From: Saprolegnia diclina VS20
Lineage: Eukaryota
Assembly: GCF_000281045.1 (NCBI RefSeq)
Contig: NW_008246095.1
Location: 237,087-301,086 of the forward strand
DNA: 64,000 nucleotides
Direction of reading: 5' to 3'
The position numbers and the translations under genes are program-made. The stretch's first letter is position 1. Each line of letters opens with the position of its first letter. The notes beneath the pieces are model-generated. The model was not told where the DNA came from. It saw only the letters and a list, made by a program, of their open reading frames with translations, and searched no databases. Below are positions 61,041 to 64,000 of this stretch, piece after piece.

Positions 61041-61945
61041 CGTCGTCAGCGACGTCGAGTACGTGGGCGCAGGGTGATTACACTTGGCGTTTGTATGGTA
61101 TCGAAACCCACGGCAACAACCGTTTCAGCAAATACTGTTTCTTTTTATATTTCAGCACAACGCATGTATTCAAACATGCATTCTTAGAGGTTTAGCACCG
61201 TCCTCTTTTATGCACTCCTCTGCTCTGCGCAACTGGCGCACTTGTAGCCGACGACACTTGGCCAACATATATGTTGGCTTTGCAAAGAGCAGGGTGGCTA
61301 CGAGGCGGCTCGTACGACTAGAAGGAACCACTGCGAGCTGTCCCAGAGTTGGCCAGGGCGGACCCGACCGTCCTCAAGGATCTTGCAGAAGCCAAAAAAG
61401 GTGTTGGAGTTATCTGCTCGAGCCTGTATTTTGTTCATTAAGCGGAAAGGTAGATGCATTCTTAGCGCCTTGAAATAGCCTTGTTTCGCTCTTTGGTCCG
61501 TCCCATCGTGCGTGGACTTGGATCCGGATTGGCTTCTTGGCGCCTTCTGATTGGTCAGACTTCGATCTTCAAGAGCCACTGTGGAATACGTAGAGATCTG
61601 CGGCAACGTTGATACTGCTTTCATTGGCAAAGCATTCAAAGCGTATTACTCTCTTGCCACGCTACCTAGTACAAAGAGACAGGGATTTAGTAGCCCAACA
61701 AAAGTTCCAGAACTTTGCGTTGGGGAAGATGATGCAGCCTATCCAAATACTGGTGGAGGATGCAAAACTGAAGGATCGTCGGTTTTGCACTAATGGCGAC
61801 TTGTCCGGCCACGCTGGTGGTTAATTTGGTCGTGGCTATTTCGAGGACTATGAAAGGGATGCGGCGTCTCTCTATTTGGTGCTGAAGAAGAGATGTGGCG
61901 TCTCTATTTGCAGCCTCGCCAAGCCAGTTTGTTTCTGCCTTGCTC

Positions 61946-64000
61946 ATGGCCTCCAAGAGCAACGACGCCCACGTCGAATGGGGTGTCTTGCCGCTCAATG
62001 GCGCGCTCGAGAAGCTCGTTACGACCCGGGGTGGCTTGAGCTCGGAAGAAGCGCAGAAGCGGCTCGGCGAATGGGGCGCCAACGCGCTGCCAACACACAA
62101 AGTCAACAAGCTCCTCGTCTTTCTCGGTTTTCTCTGGAACCCGCTCTCGTGGGCGATGGAAGTGGCCGCCATCCTCTCGATCATCCTGCTGGATTACCCC
62201 GATTTTGGATTGATCCTCGCGCTGCTTTTGCTCAATGCCGGCATTGGCTTTTTCGAAGAGATCCAAGCGGGCGACGCGGTCGCTGCGCTCATGGGCCAGC
62301 TCGCGCCGGAAGCCAAGGTGCTGCGCGACGGCGTCATGATCAACACCCCCGCTGCGCACCTCGTGCCCGGCGATGTGATTCGCATCCGGCTCGGCGATGT
62401 GCTCCCGGCCGACGTCAAGTTTCTCGAAGGTGACGCTGTCAAGATCGACCAGTCGTCGCTGACTGGCGAGTCGCTCCCCGTGACAAAGCGGGAAGGCGAT
62501 GAAGGCTACTCGGGCTCGATCTGCAAGCAAGGCGAGATCGAGGCCGTCGTGACGTGCACGGGCGTGCACACGTTTCTCGGTCGGGCGGCCGAGCAGATTG
62601 CCGGCGCCGACAGTCACGGGCGGCTCCAAGAGGTGTTGACGACGGTCGGCAACTTTTGCATGGTGTCGATCATCGTCTGGTGCATCATCGAGCTCATCGT
62701 GCAGCTCGGCGGCCGCGCGAACGAGAACCCGTGCCTTCTCAAGAACGACGGCTGCCTCGGCGTCGCCAACATCCTCGTGCTCATCGTCGGCGGCATCCCA
62801 GTCGCGATGCCCACCGTGCTCTCGGTGACATTGGCAATTGGGTCGTCGGCGCTCGCGAGGGAAAATGCAATCGTGACGCGCCTCACGTCGATTGAAGAGA
62901 TGGCGTCGATGGAGATCCTCTGCTCGGACAAGACGGGAACGCTCACGCTCAACAAGCTCTCCGTCGATATGGACAACTTGATCCCGTACAACGACTATGC
63001 AGCCGACGACATTCTCAAGTACGGGGCGCTGGCGGCCCGCATCGAGAACAACGAAGCCATTGACGTCGTCTGCTTCAACACATACCCGGGCCACAACACG
63101 CTCTGGCAACAGTATACGCTCCTGCACTACACGCCGTTCGACCCGATCACGAAGCGAACGATCGCCAAGATCAAGGAGAATGCGACCGGTCGGATCTTCC
63201 GCACGTGCAAAGGCGCGCCGCAAGTTTGCTTGGACATGGATGCCAACGCCGATAGTCTCCGGAGCGAAGTCGAGAGGCGCATTAATGAATTCGCCGGCCG
63301 CGGCTACCGCGGGCTCGGCGTTGCGTTTGCCCCGGACGATGTACCACTCGAAGACGCGTCGTGGCGCCTCGTGGGGCTTCTGCCGCTCTTTGATCCGCCC
63401 AGGCACGATACGGCCGAGACTATCCGGAAGGCGCTCGAGCTCGGCGTGTCGGTCAAGATGGTCACGGGCGACCACCGCGTGATTGCGATCGAAACGTGCC
63501 GCCAGCTCGGCATGCCCACCAACATTTTGGACACGTCGTTCTTCAACAGTACGCCGCCCGCCGGCGTCAACCTCGCGCAAATGGTGTACGAGACAGACGG
63601 CTTTGCGCAGGTGTTTCCCGAGCACAAGTTTGAGATTGTGCGGCTGCTGCAATCGCTCAACAAAGTCGTGGGGATGACCGGCGACGGCGTCAACGATGCG
63701 CCGGCATTAGCCCAAGCCGACATTGGCATTGCAGTCGATGACGCGACCGACGCCGCGCGCGCCGCCGCCGACATTGTGCTCGTGTCGCCAGGCCTCTCGG
63801 TCATCATCACGGCCATTCGCCTCTCGCGCGAGATCTTTTTGCGCATGAAGAACTACGCCATGTACTCGGTGGCCATGACGGTCCGGATCGTGTGCACGTT
63901 TGGCTTGCTCACGATCGGCTTCAACTGGTACTTTCCAACGATCCTCGTCGTAATCCTAGCGATTCTCAACGACGGTACGATTCTGACGATCGCAAAAGAC
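61946..64000 (+). CDS. Plasma-membrane H+-ATPase (P-type IIIA), truncated by the window end
   Basis: FLWNPLSWAMEVAA, LTGESLP, GIPVAMP, CSDKTGTLT, KGAPQ, DPPRHD, MVTGD and MTGDGVNDAPAL in one open frame running to the edge. Confidence 0.95.
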   Translation, partial: MASKSNDAHVEWGVLPLNGALEKLVTTRGGLSSEEAQKRLGEWGANALPTHKVNKLLVFLGFLWNPLSWAMEVAAILSIILLDYPDFGLILALLLLNAGIGFFEEIQAGDAVAALMGQLAPEAKVLRDGVMINTPAAHLVPGDVIRIRLGDVLPADVKFLEGDAVKIDQSSLTGESLPVTKREGDEGYSGSICKQGEIEAVVTCTGVHTFLGRAAEQIAGADSHGRLQEVLTTVGNFCMVSIIVWCIIELIVQLGGRANENPCLLKNDGCLGVANILVLIVGGIPVAMPTVLSVTLAIGSSALARENAIVTRLTSIEEMASMEILCSDKTGTLTLNKLSVDMDNLIPYNDYAADDILKYGALAARIENNEAIDVVCFNTYPGHNTLWQQYTLLHYTPFDPITKRTIAKIKENATGRIFRTCKGAPQVCLDMDANADSLRSEVERRINEFAGRGYRGLGVAFAPDDVPLEDASWRLVGLLPLFDPPRHDTAETIRKALELGVSVKMVTGDHRVIAIETCRQLGMPTNILDTSFFNSTPPAGVNLAQMVYETDGFAQVFPEHKFEIVRLLQSLNKVVGMTGDGVNDAPALAQADIGIAVDDATDAARAAADIVLVSPGLSVIITAIRLSREIFLRMKNYAMYSVAMTVRIVCTFGLLTIGFNWYFPTILVVILAILNDGTILTIAKD

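Noticed and set aside
61551..61824. Possible small spliced ORF upstream of the H+-ATPase
   Set aside because: It is AT-richer than the real genes, with no clear start and no recognisable homology, so I cannot support it.
61904..63652. 582-aa minus-strand ORF
   Set aside because: It is antisense to the H+-ATPase. The real plus-strand frame is missing from the ORF track only because it has no stop inside the window.

Overview
This is gene-dense, GC-rich eukaryotic DNA with many short (about 40-60 nt) GT-AG introns. The actin N-terminus, the Inr+FPR core promoters and the WRKY19-like zinc-finger gene point to an oomycete, probably Saprolegniales (inference). I reconstructed about 30 protein-coding genes by hand-splicing: RPA2, CC2D2A, actin, an HRI-like eIF2-alpha kinase, a prominin/tweety-like 5-TM protein, a METTL14-like MT-A70 protein, COP-zeta, a degenerate capping-enzyme-like protein, an orphan membrane protein, RMI1, an uncharacterised 2-TM protein, NAT9, a TBC RabGAP, a BFR1-like protein, a Myb protein, a DOT1-like methyltransferase, PDCD5, a TTLL3-like glycylase, SFT2, PAC4, a sirtuin, AIP1/WDR1, SEC12, RPL24, PRMT1, ASF1, a bromodomain protein, a WRKY19-like protein, a BIG/SEC7 ARF-GEF and a plasma-membrane H+-ATPase cut by the window edge. 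I recognised no transposon, tRNA, rRNA or CRISPR array. The most unusual items are: (1) an mRNA-capping guanylyltransferase fold in which the catalytic residue of every motif is replaced, fused to a CCCH RNA-binding finger; (2) a PHD-Sir2-ZZ sirtuin that is only visible after splicing; (3) a winged-helix plus coiled-coil plus 2-TM protein of unknown function; (4) an HRI-type kinase in a stramenopile; (5) a recurrent palindromic promoter motif, TATCCGGA. Gene boundaries are manual and approximate, and no database searches were run.
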